Shown here one piece after another: positions 23,702-36,439 of a stretch of 64,000 bases of DNA. Each line of letters opens with the position of its first letter. Within the stretch, counting starts at the first letter, position 1. The position numbers were made by a program, and so were the translations under genes. The notes under the pieces are model-generated. The model was not told where the DNA came from. It made no database searches and saw only the letters and a list, made by a program, of their open reading frames with translations. Source of the stretch: Callorhinchus milii (Eukaryota); the NCBI RefSeq assembly GCF_018977255.1, contig NW_024704743.1, positions 6,698,001 through 6,762,000 of the forward strand, in the 5' to 3' direction.

Positions 23702-24540
23702 TTCCTTCAGCTGAATGTTGACAAGACGGAAGCCATACTCTTTGGCTCTCGTCAATGTCTAAAATCACACGGTTCTCACGTCCTCCACCTACCTGACCTC
23801 CCCCTAAAACTCTCCGAACCGGTACGCAACCTAGGTGTCAGGTTCGACCCACATTATCCTTCCTCCCCCATGTTCGGTCCCTCACCAGCACCGTTTTCTT
23901 CCACCTCCGACGCATCACCCATCTCCGCCAACACCTCACTCTAAAAGCCGCTGAAATCCTGGTCCATGCTTTTGTCATCTCTCGGCTGGACTACTCAAAT
24001 GCCCTCCTCGCCAGTCTCCCTTCTACTACCATTTATGAAATCCAGGTAATACAAAACTCTGCCGCCCGTATTCTTACCCACACCAAACTCCGCTCCCTGA
24101 TTACTCCAGTCCTTGCCAGACTGCACTGGCTGCCTATCCCAGAGAGGATTGACTTCAAGATCCTCACCCTTGTCTTCAAATCCCTCCACTCCTCTGCACC
24201 CACCGACCTCTCTGACCTCCTCTCTCCTCAAAACAGTGCCCGTTGCCTTTGTTCCTCCAGGTCTGGCCTCCTCCTTGTTCCCTGAGTCCTCCTCTCCACT
24301 CTTGGCGGCAGTGCCTTCAGCCACTACACCCCGAGGCTCTGGAACTCCCTTCCTCACTCCCTTCGCCTCGCCCCCTCTCTTCCTATTTTCAGATCTCGGC
24401 TGAAGACCTTTCTTTTCGACTGTGCCTTTGGTCACCTTCCTCCCCATCCCCCTGGCTCAGCCCCGGAATCCGTTACTGTGAAGCGCTCTGAGACGCCGTC
24501 TAGTGTGGAGGGCGCTATATAAATCCAAGTTGTTGTTGTT
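23702..24540 (+). mobile_element. L2 LINE 3' fragment, relatively young
   Basis: Encodes LQLNVDKTEAILFG, NLGVRFD, SRLDYSNALL and LHWLPIPERIDFKILTL. Ends GTGAAGCGCTCTGAGACG...GGCGCTATATAAATCCAAG(TTG)n. Confidence 0.92.
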
Positions 24541-27500
24541 ATGGCCTCTAAAAAGAAACTAACTTACAGTTAATTCGTGTAATGTTGTAGTACCTCATGT
24601 AAGAAAATGCTTCAGAGGTAATTTGCTGTCATTGGAAGGCAACAACAATCATTTTGCACCAACTTACAACCAAGAGGTGAGGCATTACAGAGGGAGAGCA
24701 ACATGGTTGGATGGATGAGTTACCAGGAATTGCTAAAGAATTAGGCTCTTTACTCTCGATAAGAGTAAAGGACTTTACAGAGATATATAAAATGCTGGTT
24801 GTGTGACCTTGCTGAACAGACTGTTGGTTTAAAGGTCACCAATCTGAAAATGGTGAGGAGTCTGGGTATTGAGTTTTGATTTGGTCATTGTGAACTATCC
24901 ATACTCCAACACTAAGAAACACTCAGGGACACAAGGACATTGAAATGGGTATTAAAAATGACATACTAATGCAGTGAATATGCGCTGCTTAATGGCAGGA
25001 TGAGCTGAAAACATTAAAAAGCAAAGTATTCCACTTTAAGCATTGGTATCCCTCATGAGCATTAAACACAATAAAATAAACATTATTTATTTGTTTCAAA
25101 ATATTACCTTCAGGTACAAAAAATATATCGACAGATTTTAGCAACCAACCCACAACCTAGAATATAAATGTGGGTAGAATAGATAAATAAACACGTAACC
25201 TAAATACAGCATTATTCAATGACGTTATTCTGCCCTCAGATTCCCAAACCAAACAGCCTGCAACTGTCTCCACCTGTGGATGAAATCATTTAATATTTTC
25301 ATTTACTCACATAGCTGGCGAGCAATGGTCCAATTTCAGTCCGTTATACACAAAAAGAAGTAAAAATAGCACATCCGTAATACGAATGTCACCACATCCC
25401 TGTCTCAATCGGAAATGTATTGCAGCGTGCATTCCATAATGGTAATGTCAGCAGAAATATTTCCACTGGTCCACACCAACACTCGGTGTGTTTTACTGTC
25501 ATGTTGGGGTCTTGCTTGTGAAATGCAAGAAGAAATACTGAAAAATCACATGAGTGCCAAGAAAGCACAAGACATCCAGCCAACCTGGTTACATTCCATT
25601 GTTACTGTTTTTGGAAGTGCAAAATGTTAACTGTATCTCTGACAGGACTGCATAAGTATGAATATGGAGAGAGCTCAACATCATTATGATTGTTAACTTC
25701 AGCGACCTTGACATAGTAACAGGGCAGGAAAATGGAGTTTCCATTAATGGATTTGTTGCTCTTCTACCTATTCATTTCCCTTCAAAGCAACAGGGAAATC
25801 TTTACCAATTTGAGGAAAGAAATTGACTAATTTAACAATAATACCTGCAATAATAGCTGTGATACAACACCTGTTATACTGAAATATCTCAAAACATTCT
25901 ACATAATGATTTACAGCACTCTGAGACACTATCCTGCCTCAATGGTGCTATATCAATGCAAGTTGTTGTTGTTGCTACTTTCAAGTGTGATAACTGTTAT
26001 TATGTTATTATATTATGGATATCTCAGCTGATACTAAAAGGCATTTGCATCAAAGCACATCATAAGTAATTGATTTCAAATGTACTACTTGTATTTGTAG
26101 CCAAACCTGGCAGCCAACTTGTGAATAGCACTGTCCCACAAACAGCAAGGGTAGGTTGGGGCGAGGCTGCTGAGAGATTCGACCGAGGATGAGGATTTTG
26201 AATTAAATCCGCTGGGAGTTGGCGAGCCATTGGAGCCAAGCGAGGATGGGGGCTCGACGAGCCTGATGCGGGAAAACATATGAGGTGTGGGTAAGGACAT
26301 GGGCTGCAGAGTGACTACATTTTGTAGGTGAATGAGGCAGCCAATTTGCGCACAGCAATATGCCACAAACAGACATGATTTGAATATCATGCTGCCTGTG
26401 GGAACTTTACTGCAATGCAGTGCCAGAGCAAGTTCCCATGTTACCATGTTGCACATCCAGTTGCACACCCAGTTACCAACAATTAATATCGACAAGTCCA
26501 GGTTTTGATTCCTAACTATGTGGCCTTAATATGATAGTACCTCATCAGCGTTACTGAGTAATGTCACCACATATGTCAGTCAATATGGTAAAAACACCCA
26601 TCTTATACTGTAATTTCTCAGGTTACTAAAAAATAAAACTTGACCCACATTGATTTGAGTTTGTACATTGCCAGGAGGACATACCACTTTAACATGTGAG
26701 ATTATTTAATTTGATCCACCTCCTGAAAACTGGCTAATTGAATAATTTGGGATAAAATTCAATTCTGTCATAGCCAAGGTGTCATGTGGCATAAATTAAA
26801 TATAATAGGTTGAATATCTCTCCTTTGGTGCTTTGTAAATCAGTAATAATGCCTTGATAATAATCATTGTATCTGATGTGGCATTTTATCATGTCTTCAA
26901 AATGACTCAAAGGTTTTCGGAAAAGATTTTATAAAATGTTCATAAAATGTAGTGACTGTGTAGTTGAAGACAAACACAGCAGTTGATTTGTGCTCAGCAA
27001 TATCCCACAGCTGATTTGCCAATTTTATTTGGCCAGGGAGAAACTCTTCTCTTTTCGAACAGTGGCATGGGTTCTTTAACGTCCACCTGCAGAAGAGACA
27101 ATGGTTCAATGTCTCATCCAAAGAACTGCACCTCCAACAATCCATTACTGCACTGGAATATCAGTCAAGACTGAGCTCAAAGTCCCAATGTGAAGCCCCA
27201 GTCTTATAACTCAGAGGATCGTGCTGCCAACTGAGCCAGGCTGACACCCTGATGAATACAGTGATCCACTTTCATGACTATCTGCCCAACATATATTTTT
27301 TAAAATAATGATTTATAGCAAATTCACAGAACAAAATAGGAATATGATATCCAGAAATAGTTTGAATATAGGAATCTCAAGGCTGAAAAAATCCCCAGAG
27401 AACATCAACATTGAACACATTTTTCCTAAATCTTCTACCATAATGTTAAATTATAATAGAAAATTCAAATGTTACTTTCCATGAAAGAATTTATTATCTT

Positions 27501-29199
27501 TAAACATTATCAAATATTTCAGACATATAATTCTGGCATTTATCACTTCTGTCCAATTGAAGGAGAGTTCTCAAAAGTATTTTTCTGTGAAACTCATTAG
27601 GCAAAGAATTGTAACCTCACAATTCTCTTTCTTTACAGGCTCTCCTGTGCCTGTGAAGAGACAGAGAACTGTGAAATTAAGAAATTACAAGTGAGTGAGA
27701 GAGTAAATGTTATAATTCAAATGGCTTTCATGAACTTTTCTTAGTTCAAGTCATGCACACAATCTCTTATGAACCAGAACTATGCCCTTTCTGAGTAACA
27801 CATGGTTTTCAAGTAAAAAATAACAACATGATCCTTGATAAATTATAACAATGTTTTAGGGTTGCCCTAGTCTGTATCGGACATATTATGATCTAATACA
27901 GATTTTAGCCAATTCAATTCACACGCTAATTGGTATTAAAAGTTTTACAATAAATCTTATAAGAGTCTAAAACTGTAATGAAGAATAAAATAGAATAAGT
28001 AAAAAGTTTAGAATCTCACCGTGAAATAATACTTGGGAACATCTTCCCTGATTTCAATAAGTCCTTTTGATCTTGAGATACTGTGCCCTGAAATTAAACT
28101 GCATTTTGTGTTTAAATGCCATCAATATACCTGATGAGGGTGGAAGTAGCCCTGTATAGAAATCTGAATTTTCACACATCGCTAGTATTGTGTTGTCCCA
28201 GTGTAGTGAAGTGCCAGAGTAAATTGAAACTTTGCCATTAAACGGTGGGATGTTTGTTAACACTTTGTGATATTCCCCCACCCACACCTACACCCACACA
28301 CCCACAATATGCATACAGGTATAGACCTTAACTCTGACAAAGCTGATAAGTGTCATGGATCTGACAGGGAAAATCAAAGGAACAAGACCATGGTTAGATA
28401 CCCCAGACACCTGCCTCACGCTTGAACAGTGTTGAGGGTGAAGAATGGGTAAGGTGAGAAAACACTAAAATAAGGAAGTTTTACTTTCCACAGAAACATT
28501 TGGAAGCTGTCCTGAGCAGACATTCAGCTACTGAATAGCCCTATACATGTTGGCAGCCTGATTATTCTATTAGCAGACTGAAACTAACAAGCTCCTGCTT
28601 CCTCTTCGTTTTATAGGAAACAGGTTTGATTAAAACTGCATGAGTTTGGTTGTCAGCAAGTATCAGGGCAAGGATTATTTTAGTTATCTAAGAAGTGCTT
28701 GGAGCAATCAAAGGCATCAGGACTGATTTACTGAACCATTTGTACTTTCACTGTACACCAGTCATGTACACTTTGGTTCAATTTTGAAATAACCATGTTA
28801 TCAGCAAAGCAACGAGGTGCTTCTGCCGGCTACCCAATGAGTAATGAGACTGGCCTCTGTTATGTAAGTATTCCACCATCTTCTTTTGGGATTTCTTAAG
28901 CACTTTGTTGATGTCAATTTTTCTTTCCCTTGCATGAGTCAGTGTGTGTATCACGGTAATATAAGCTACTGTACGAGCGTCTGTTTTTCATGTAACCAAA
29001 GAACGTTTTTGTCAGATGAAGTACAAAAGCCATTTAAAATTGGAATGCAGAGCAAATAATTTTGGAAGCATTTGAAAAGGTTGATGATGTTTTTTTCCCA
29101 ATACAATATTTCTAATTGTATTCAGTTATATTCCTAGAATGGGAAATATCTTAGCAAATCATTGGTTTCAAATGTCAAAATCCACTGTATGTAAAATAC

Positions 29200-30510
29200 C
29201 ATTAGAATACATTAGAATATACAGCACAGAAACAGGCCATTTGGCCCAACTGGTCTATGCCGGTGTTTATGCTCCACATGAGCCTCTCCTGCCCTTCCTC
29301 AACTAAGCTTTCAAGCATAACCTTCTATTCCTTTCTCCCTCATGTAAGTATCTAGCTTTCCCTTAAATACATCTCTGCTATTTGCCTCAACAACTCCTTG
29401 TGGATAGTATGTTCCACATTCTCACTACTCTCCATGTGAAGAAATTTCTTCTAATTTCCCTATTTGATCTATTTGTGACTATTTTATATTGATGGCGCCT
29501 GGTTTTGGTCTCCCCACAAGTGGAAACAGCTTCCCTATGTCTACCCTATCAAAACCTTTCATCATTTTAAAGACCTCTATCAGGTCACTCCTTACCCTCT
29601 TCTTTTCAAGAGAAAAGTGTCCAAAGCATGCTCAGCCTTTCCTGATAGGTATAACCTCTTAGTTCTGGGATCATCCTTGTGAATCTCCTTTGCCCCCTCT
29701 CCAGTGCCTCTACATCCCTTCTATAATGTGGGGACCAGAACTGCACACAGTATTCTAAGTGTGGTCTGACCAAGGTTCTATAGAAGTTTACCATCACTTT
29801 CTATCCCTCTAGAAATGAACCCCAATGCTTTTGCTTTTTATGGCCTTATTATTTTTATGGCTCCTCTACCCCATTTAGGGTTTTTATTTTCCAGGATGTA
29901 TGTGACTTCCTTATTCCTTCTACCAAAATGTACCACCTCACACTTTTCTACATTGAAATTAATTTGCCATTTAAATGCCCATTCAGCAAATTTATTAATG
30001 TCTTGCTGTAATTTGTTGTAGTCCTCCTTTGTATTAACTATTCCCCCCAATTTGGTGTTGTCTGCAAATTTTGAAATTGTACTGCTGAGTCCAAATCATT
30101 AATGTATATTGTGAACAATAGTGGTCCCAATACCGATCCTTGTAGAACACCACTGCCCACGCCCTGCCAGTCTGAGTAGCTACCCTTTAATCCTACTCTG
30201 TATTCTGTTTTATAGTCAGCTTGCTATCCATTCTGCTATTTTTCCCTGACTCCACATGCTCTGATTTTATTCATTAGTCTATTATGTGGTACCTTATCGA
30301 ACGCCTTTTGGAAATCTAAATATATTACATATACGACGTTACCCTTGTCTACTCTTTCTGTTACCCCTTCAAAGAATTCAATGAGGTTGATCAAGCATAA
30401 CCTTTCTTTTTGAAATCCTTGCTGACTGTTCTTTATTATGTTTTCCGTTTCTAGATGTTTTTCTATTACCTCCTTCAGTAAGGATTCCATTATCTTTCAA
30501 ACCACTGATG
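29200..30510 (-). mobile_element. CR1 LINE 3' fragment
   Basis: ORFs contain YLDFQKAFDKVPH, FNVEKCEVVHFG and LVRPHLEYCVQFWSPHY. The (TTCTAATGTA) tail lies near 29200-29220. Confidence 0.93.
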
Positions 30511-33500
30511 TGGCATTACTATTCTGCCACATCTATGCCAAATATACAACTCACAGGTTCCTCTCAACAGAAGCACTCAATTTTCATACTGTTTCATATT
30601 TGACTTCTGGATTTCGTAAGTAACTAAAACAAAGGTGAGCTTTTGAATTGCCTGATGCTTTACCACCAACATCTTTCATAGATTTATAAAACTATAGAAA
30701 TTTGCAGCAAAGAAGAATGCCATTCTGTCTATCTTGTCTGTGCTGGCTCTTTTATAATAATAATAATCCATGCATTTGATATAGCACCTTATCAAGTCTT
30801 TGAGACTTCTCAAAGCCCTTCATGGAATATACTGTAATTGACTATATTTTGTGGGTGAAACGCAGCAGCCAATTTTGCACAGCAGTGTCTCACAAACAGT
30901 TGTAGATTGAGTGACTGACCAATTATTTTTTTTAAGGGATTATCATCCCTGGAAAAGCAATCCACCAATCGACTAACAACCGGGTTCCTACTTACTGCTA
31001 GGTAAACAGAGGGATGTGGAGTAAGGAAACCTCCCCAGTGTTTTGCCCTGCCCAGGAATCAAACCCAGGTCCTCTTGTTTGTGTGGCTGAGCTACAGGAC
31101 TCTTAAAGAGCAATCATTTCAGTCCCATTTACCTGCCCTTTCCCCATATAGAATTCAGTCATGTTCCAGTGGAACTTTTGATGTTTCCTTCCCCTGCCCT
31201 ATTTCTCTGCTCATCATTTGTCAGGTTTAATGATACCTTTTCATGTTTCTCAGTCAGAAAGTTATGGGTTCAGGTACTATAGTTCATAGATCTGAACTGA
31301 TAATCCAGTGTAGTATTGGTGGATCATCCAACAGGTGTCATCCAAGCTCACTTTGTAGTACTTGTGTCTCAATCAGAAGGTATTCAAATCCCAGGTCAGG
31401 ATATGGAACGCCTAGTCTGGGTTGACACTCAGAGGGGAATCCTGGAGGATTGCTGCATTATTGGAGGTTCCATCCTTTCGACGAGAAGTGAAGCCAAAAT
31501 CCCATCTGCCTGTTCAGGTGATTATTAAAGATCCCAAGGCACTATTCAAAAAAGACAAGTTTCTCCCTCGGTCCTGTCCACAACACCCTAAATAAAATTA
31601 GGCTTCATGGCTATTTGTGGGATATTGTTGCATCCATATTGGCTGTCAATTTCGCCTACAAAATACACAGTCCTGTGAAGTGCTTTGGGACATCCTCATA
31701 ATGTAAAGGTGCTATATCAAATGCAAAGATTATTATTATAACTATACATAATATGTTACGGTTGATTTTATTTTATACACTTCAACGTCCTTCAGTTCCA
31801 ATGTGTTTAGCAGATACAGCCGTCACTGCTCTTGCTGCATAATGGCTGAATTACTAACCCTTTCTTCTATTATCTAATGAAGCTCTTCCTTCCTAGGACC
31901 TCAGGATTGTAGGACTCTTGTGCTCCTATTCTCCTATAATGTATAGGATTTACACCCAAATTGGCTTCACCTATACACTTCTCAATTTCATAGTTATACT
32001 GCACTCTGGGCCTTTGGCTTTCACCTAGGTTTTCACGAAGAAAAGCATTTCACTTAAAAGTTAAAGGCTGTTAAAATTTGCTACAAATAGGACTTCAAAT
32101 TGAAACAGTATGTGAGACATTTCTTTGTCAGCACTGAAGAATTTTCCCAATGATGAAATATTTGGAATGTTAGTGTGGCTACTTCCTGATTTATTTTTAC
32201 TCCTCGATGCCATATCATTAAAGTGAACAGGGCTATTTATTGTGCTTTGCAAGACGTGGCTACTGGCAAAATAAATCACATCAAAATGTTCATTTCTTTT
32301 ATAAATATAAAAAGTGTTTCTAGTGAACTGTCATGTATTAGTGATGGTTATTTTCGAGAGATGGTCCACTCGCCAGAGAATATTCAGTCACTGACTGCTC
32401 CACCAGACGATCAGTGGCTAGTACTAGAAGGGGCTCAGCACCCACCCCACCAATCTATCTACAGCTCAACTCTTTAAGGAAACCTGGGAGGGGAAAGCCG
32501 TGACCCTGAGGAGGACCACAGTACCAACTCGTGCCATTTGCGAGCCCCCTTGCCCCTTTCCCAACTCGTTGGTGGCACTCAAGACTATTCTAGTCCGGCG
32601 GACCGTCCTCACCTTGTTTGGCTGATGGATCTCTGAATCTGCATGTTGAGGAGGTTGGAGGCAGCCATCTTTGACACTAGTACGGAATCTGCACAGCGAG
32701 GAGGAGGGAGGGAGGAGATGGCCATCTTTGACATTGGTACAAAGTCAGTGCCTGTCTTAAAGACTTTTTAACTGAGTTTTATTTTCACCCACTGTCTATG
32801 GCTCCAGACCAGCCTCTGTCTCTGCAGTCTTCCAGTAAACTATTACACTCTTTTCACTGCTATAAGCCAAATATAAAATGTGGATCAATCTCATGTTTTT
32901 TGTAGGCAAATGTGGCAGCCATTTACATCATTCATTAGCGCCAGCAAAATTCCCTAAGAGGTTATAAAGCAAATGATCAATTAATAAATAATAATCAGCC
33001 TCATTCTTGAAACATCTTAAAGTTCTTCATAGGAATAACAGTAAAATGTAGTGACTATATGTGTATGTGAATGTGGCAGCCAATTTGCACACAACTGTGT
33101 TCTACGAACAGCCAAGAAGTGAATGAGCAGTTTTATCTGGAGGATTGTTGCTCAGGCCACCAGGAAAACCTTCTTTTCGAACATGCCATGGGATCTTTAA
33201 CGTCCATCTGAACAGGCTGACAGGTCATCCGTTTAATTTTTCATCCAAAGGACAGCATCTCCAACCACACAGGACTCTTCCAGTAGTGCACTGAAATGTC
33301 AGCCTAGACAGAGTTCAAAGTCCCGATGTGGGATTTTCAAAGTCCAACGGACCAGGCACTCTCAATAGTCTAGTTTGAATACACTACAACAAGAGCTTGC
33401 TGTATAGCACCTATATGGCACCTATATAGCACCTTTCATGTGGCTTAGCATCTCAGAACCCCTAAAGCACGGTGATTGGTTTCTGCATGTCAAACAACCA

Positions 33501-33919
33501 TCTCACTTAAAAAATAAGCAGATGAGACCTTGGTTACAATCCTAAAGATGACGTGTCCGACAATTAAATTCTCACAAGAATTCTCACTGAAGTGAGCCAA
33601 GACAATGAGCTCAACCTGCTGACTCATAGGCAAATTTGCCGCCTAATGGAACTGGTAATGTATTGGCTGTGATTTATTCCGATTTTTTTTGATCAGGCTG
33701 ACACATGCCCATCACCCAGGCCAATAGAAAAGTGTGGACATATTTGCCAAAAATTGTGGGGAGATCTGCAAATTTTGTGGAAAACGGCAAGAGGTTGATT
33801 GCTGCTATTGAGGTACATTTTACATGGGGGTGGTGTGGGTGGTGGACACCTTCCAGGCTACAGGAGCTCACCACCTCACACCCATACAGATATCCAGAGA
33901 GAGAAGGCCAGGACACAGA

Positions 33920-35542
33920 GAGACACACACACACACTCATAGACACACATACACACTCAGACAGAGACGTTCACATTCACACAGACACTCAGAAACACAC
34001 ACACATATAGGAGACATGCAGACACACTCACAAACATACATACAGAGGAGAGGACCACAGACACACTCACAAACATACATACAGAGGAGAGTCACACAGA
34101 TACACTCACACAGAGACACACACACACACAGAGACACACTCACCCACAAACACAGAGACACACACACAGACACACACTCGCAAATACAAATAGAGACACA
34201 CACACACTCACAAACACATAGACACACAAACACACAGACATACACTCACAAACACATAGACACACAAACACACACACCAACAGACACACACACACAGACA
34301 GACACACTCAGACACTCAGTGACACACACAGATACACACACACACACTGATACAGACACACACACTGATACAGACACACATAGTGACACAGACACACACA
34401 GTGACAGACACACACAGTGACACAGACAAACACACACACAGTGATACAGACACACACACAGTGACACAGACACACACACAGTGACACAGACATACACACA
34501 GTGACACAGTGACAGTGACACAGTGACAGTGACACAGTGACACACACAGTGACAGTGACACAGTGACACACACAGTGAGTGACACACAGTGATACAGTGA
34601 CACATAGTGACACAGTGACAGTGACACAGTGACAGTGACACACAGTGACAGTGACACACAGTGACAGTGACTCACAGTGACATAGTGACAGTGACACACA
34701 CAGTGACACAGTGACACACACAGTGAGTGACACAGTGACAGTGACACAGTGACAGTGACACACACAGTGACAGTGACACACACAGTGACACAGTGACACA
34801 GTGACACACACAGTGACAGTGACACACAGTGACACAGTGACAGTGACGCAGTGACAGTGACACACACAGTGACACAGTGACAGTGACACACACAGTGACA
34901 GTGACACACAGTGATACAGTGACACACAGTGACACAGTGACAGTGACACACACAGTGACATAATGACAGTGACACAGTGACAGTGATACACACAGTGAGT
35001 GACACAGTGACAGTGACACAGTGACAGTGACACACACAGTGACAGTGACACACACAGTGACAGTGACACACAGTGACAGTGACAGTGACACACACAGTGA
35101 CACACACAGTGACACACACAGTGACAGTGACACAGTGACAGTGACACAGTGACAGTGACACACACAGTGACAGTGACACACACAGTGACACAGTGACACA
35201 GTGACAGTGACACACAGTGACACACAGTGACAGTGACACAGTGACAGTGACACACACAGTGACACACACAGTGACAGTGACACACACAGTGACAGTGACA
35301 CACACAGTGACAGTGACACACACAGTGACAGTGACACACACAGTGACAGTGACACACACAGTGACACAGTGACAGTGACACACACAGTGATACAGTGACA
35401 GTGACACACAGTGACACACACAGTGACACAGTGACAGTGACACACAGTGACAGTGACACAGTGACACACACAGTGACAGTGACACACACAGTGACACAGT
35501 GACAGTGACACACACAGTGACACAGTGACAGTGACACACACA
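33920..35542. repeat. About 1.6-kb compound microsatellite/minisatellite grading from (CA)n/GACACA into CAGTGA(CA)1-4 units
   Basis: Directly visible in the sequence. It produces the spurious THTD/VCHC/SLSL ORFs. Confidence 0.97.
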
Positions 35543-35544
35543 GA

Positions 35545-35830
35545 TCTCTGGGTTTCCCGGTGACGTCTGTTTGCCGCTCACCCGGAGCCGCGCTCCGCCC
35601 ACAGTGACGTCAGGGTAAACAGCGGGCGGCCCGTGGGCCAGAAGCGTCACCTGTCGCGGGTTTTCAGCGGTTTCGGGGCGGATTCCGCGGGGGGGGGGGG
35701 GGGGGGGGGAGTGCGGCCGCATTTTTTTTTCTATTGGGGCCCAGATTATAATTAAGATTAAAATGATTGCAACCAAACAGCGTGAGAGCTGTTGTGATGT
35801 GATGGCTGTGGCCGGAGGGCGGGAGAGAAA
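35545..35830. promoter_or_regulatory. CpG-island promoter-like region, probably driving a minus-strand transcript
   Basis: The only CpG-dense, GC-rich patch in the window. It holds a palindromic CRE TGACGTCA (35605-35612), a near-CRE TGACGTCT (35561-35568), an X-box-like GTTTCCCGGTGAC (35552-35564), a long G run (about 35689-35709) and a minus-strand donor CGG|GTGAGC at 35582/35581. Confidence 0.7.
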
Positions 35831-35990
35831 CTCTGCTGTTTGTGGGAGAGAAACAGTCACAGAGAGACTCAGAGAGAGAGAGACAAAAGATTTAAAGGTC
35901 GAGAGAGTTGGAGTTGGCAAAGTGTTACTACAGTTATAGCATTAACTACTGATGCCACTTGTTTCTTGGTTACCTGTCAGCCTTCTTACA

Positions 35991-36211
35991 CTGTCCGCTG
36001 ATCCACACTGTCCGCTTATCCACACTGTCCGCTTATCCACACTGTCCGCTTATCCACACTGTCCGCTTATCCACACTGTCCGCTGATCCACACTGTCCGC
36101 TGATCCACACTGTCCGCTTATCCACACTGTCCGCTTATCCACACTGCCCGCTTATCCACACTGTCCGCTTATCCACACTGTCCGCTTATCCACACTGTTT
36201 GCTTATCCACA
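35991..36211 (+). repeat. Minisatellite, 13 x 17-bp unit CTGTCCGCTTATCCACA
   Basis: Units start every 17 bp from 35991 to 36195, with variants TGAT, CTGCCC and CTGTTT. Three units give the 17-aa period in ORF 35959..36405. Confidence 0.97.
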
Positions 36212-36439
36212 ATCAGACCTGTTCCCGCGTAATGTGGATAAACTGTCTCTCTGCTGTTCCATCAATAAAGCCACTGTTTTGTTGGTGTCCGTGTAGTTTT
36301 GATGTTTTTTTCATTTCCAAAATAAATCTGTATTTTCACCACATTTACCCAAACTTTCTTCCCCCACCCCACACCCCCTCCACCAGATTCTTATTCTACG
36401 AATAAAAAATAATATATTTATATATTAATAGTCTTTATA

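Noticed and set aside
33824..35920. Long ORFs (198-534 aa) rich in Cys/His/Val/Thr, superficially metallothionein- or mucin-like
   Set aside because: They are translations of the CA/CAGTGA satellite, open in several frames, with no domain structure.
35991..36241. Bacterial oriC/iteron or CRISPR-like array (multiple DnaA boxes)
   Set aside because: Head-to-tail 17-bp units with no unique spacers and no bacterial genes nearby, continuous with vertebrate SINE-containing DNA.
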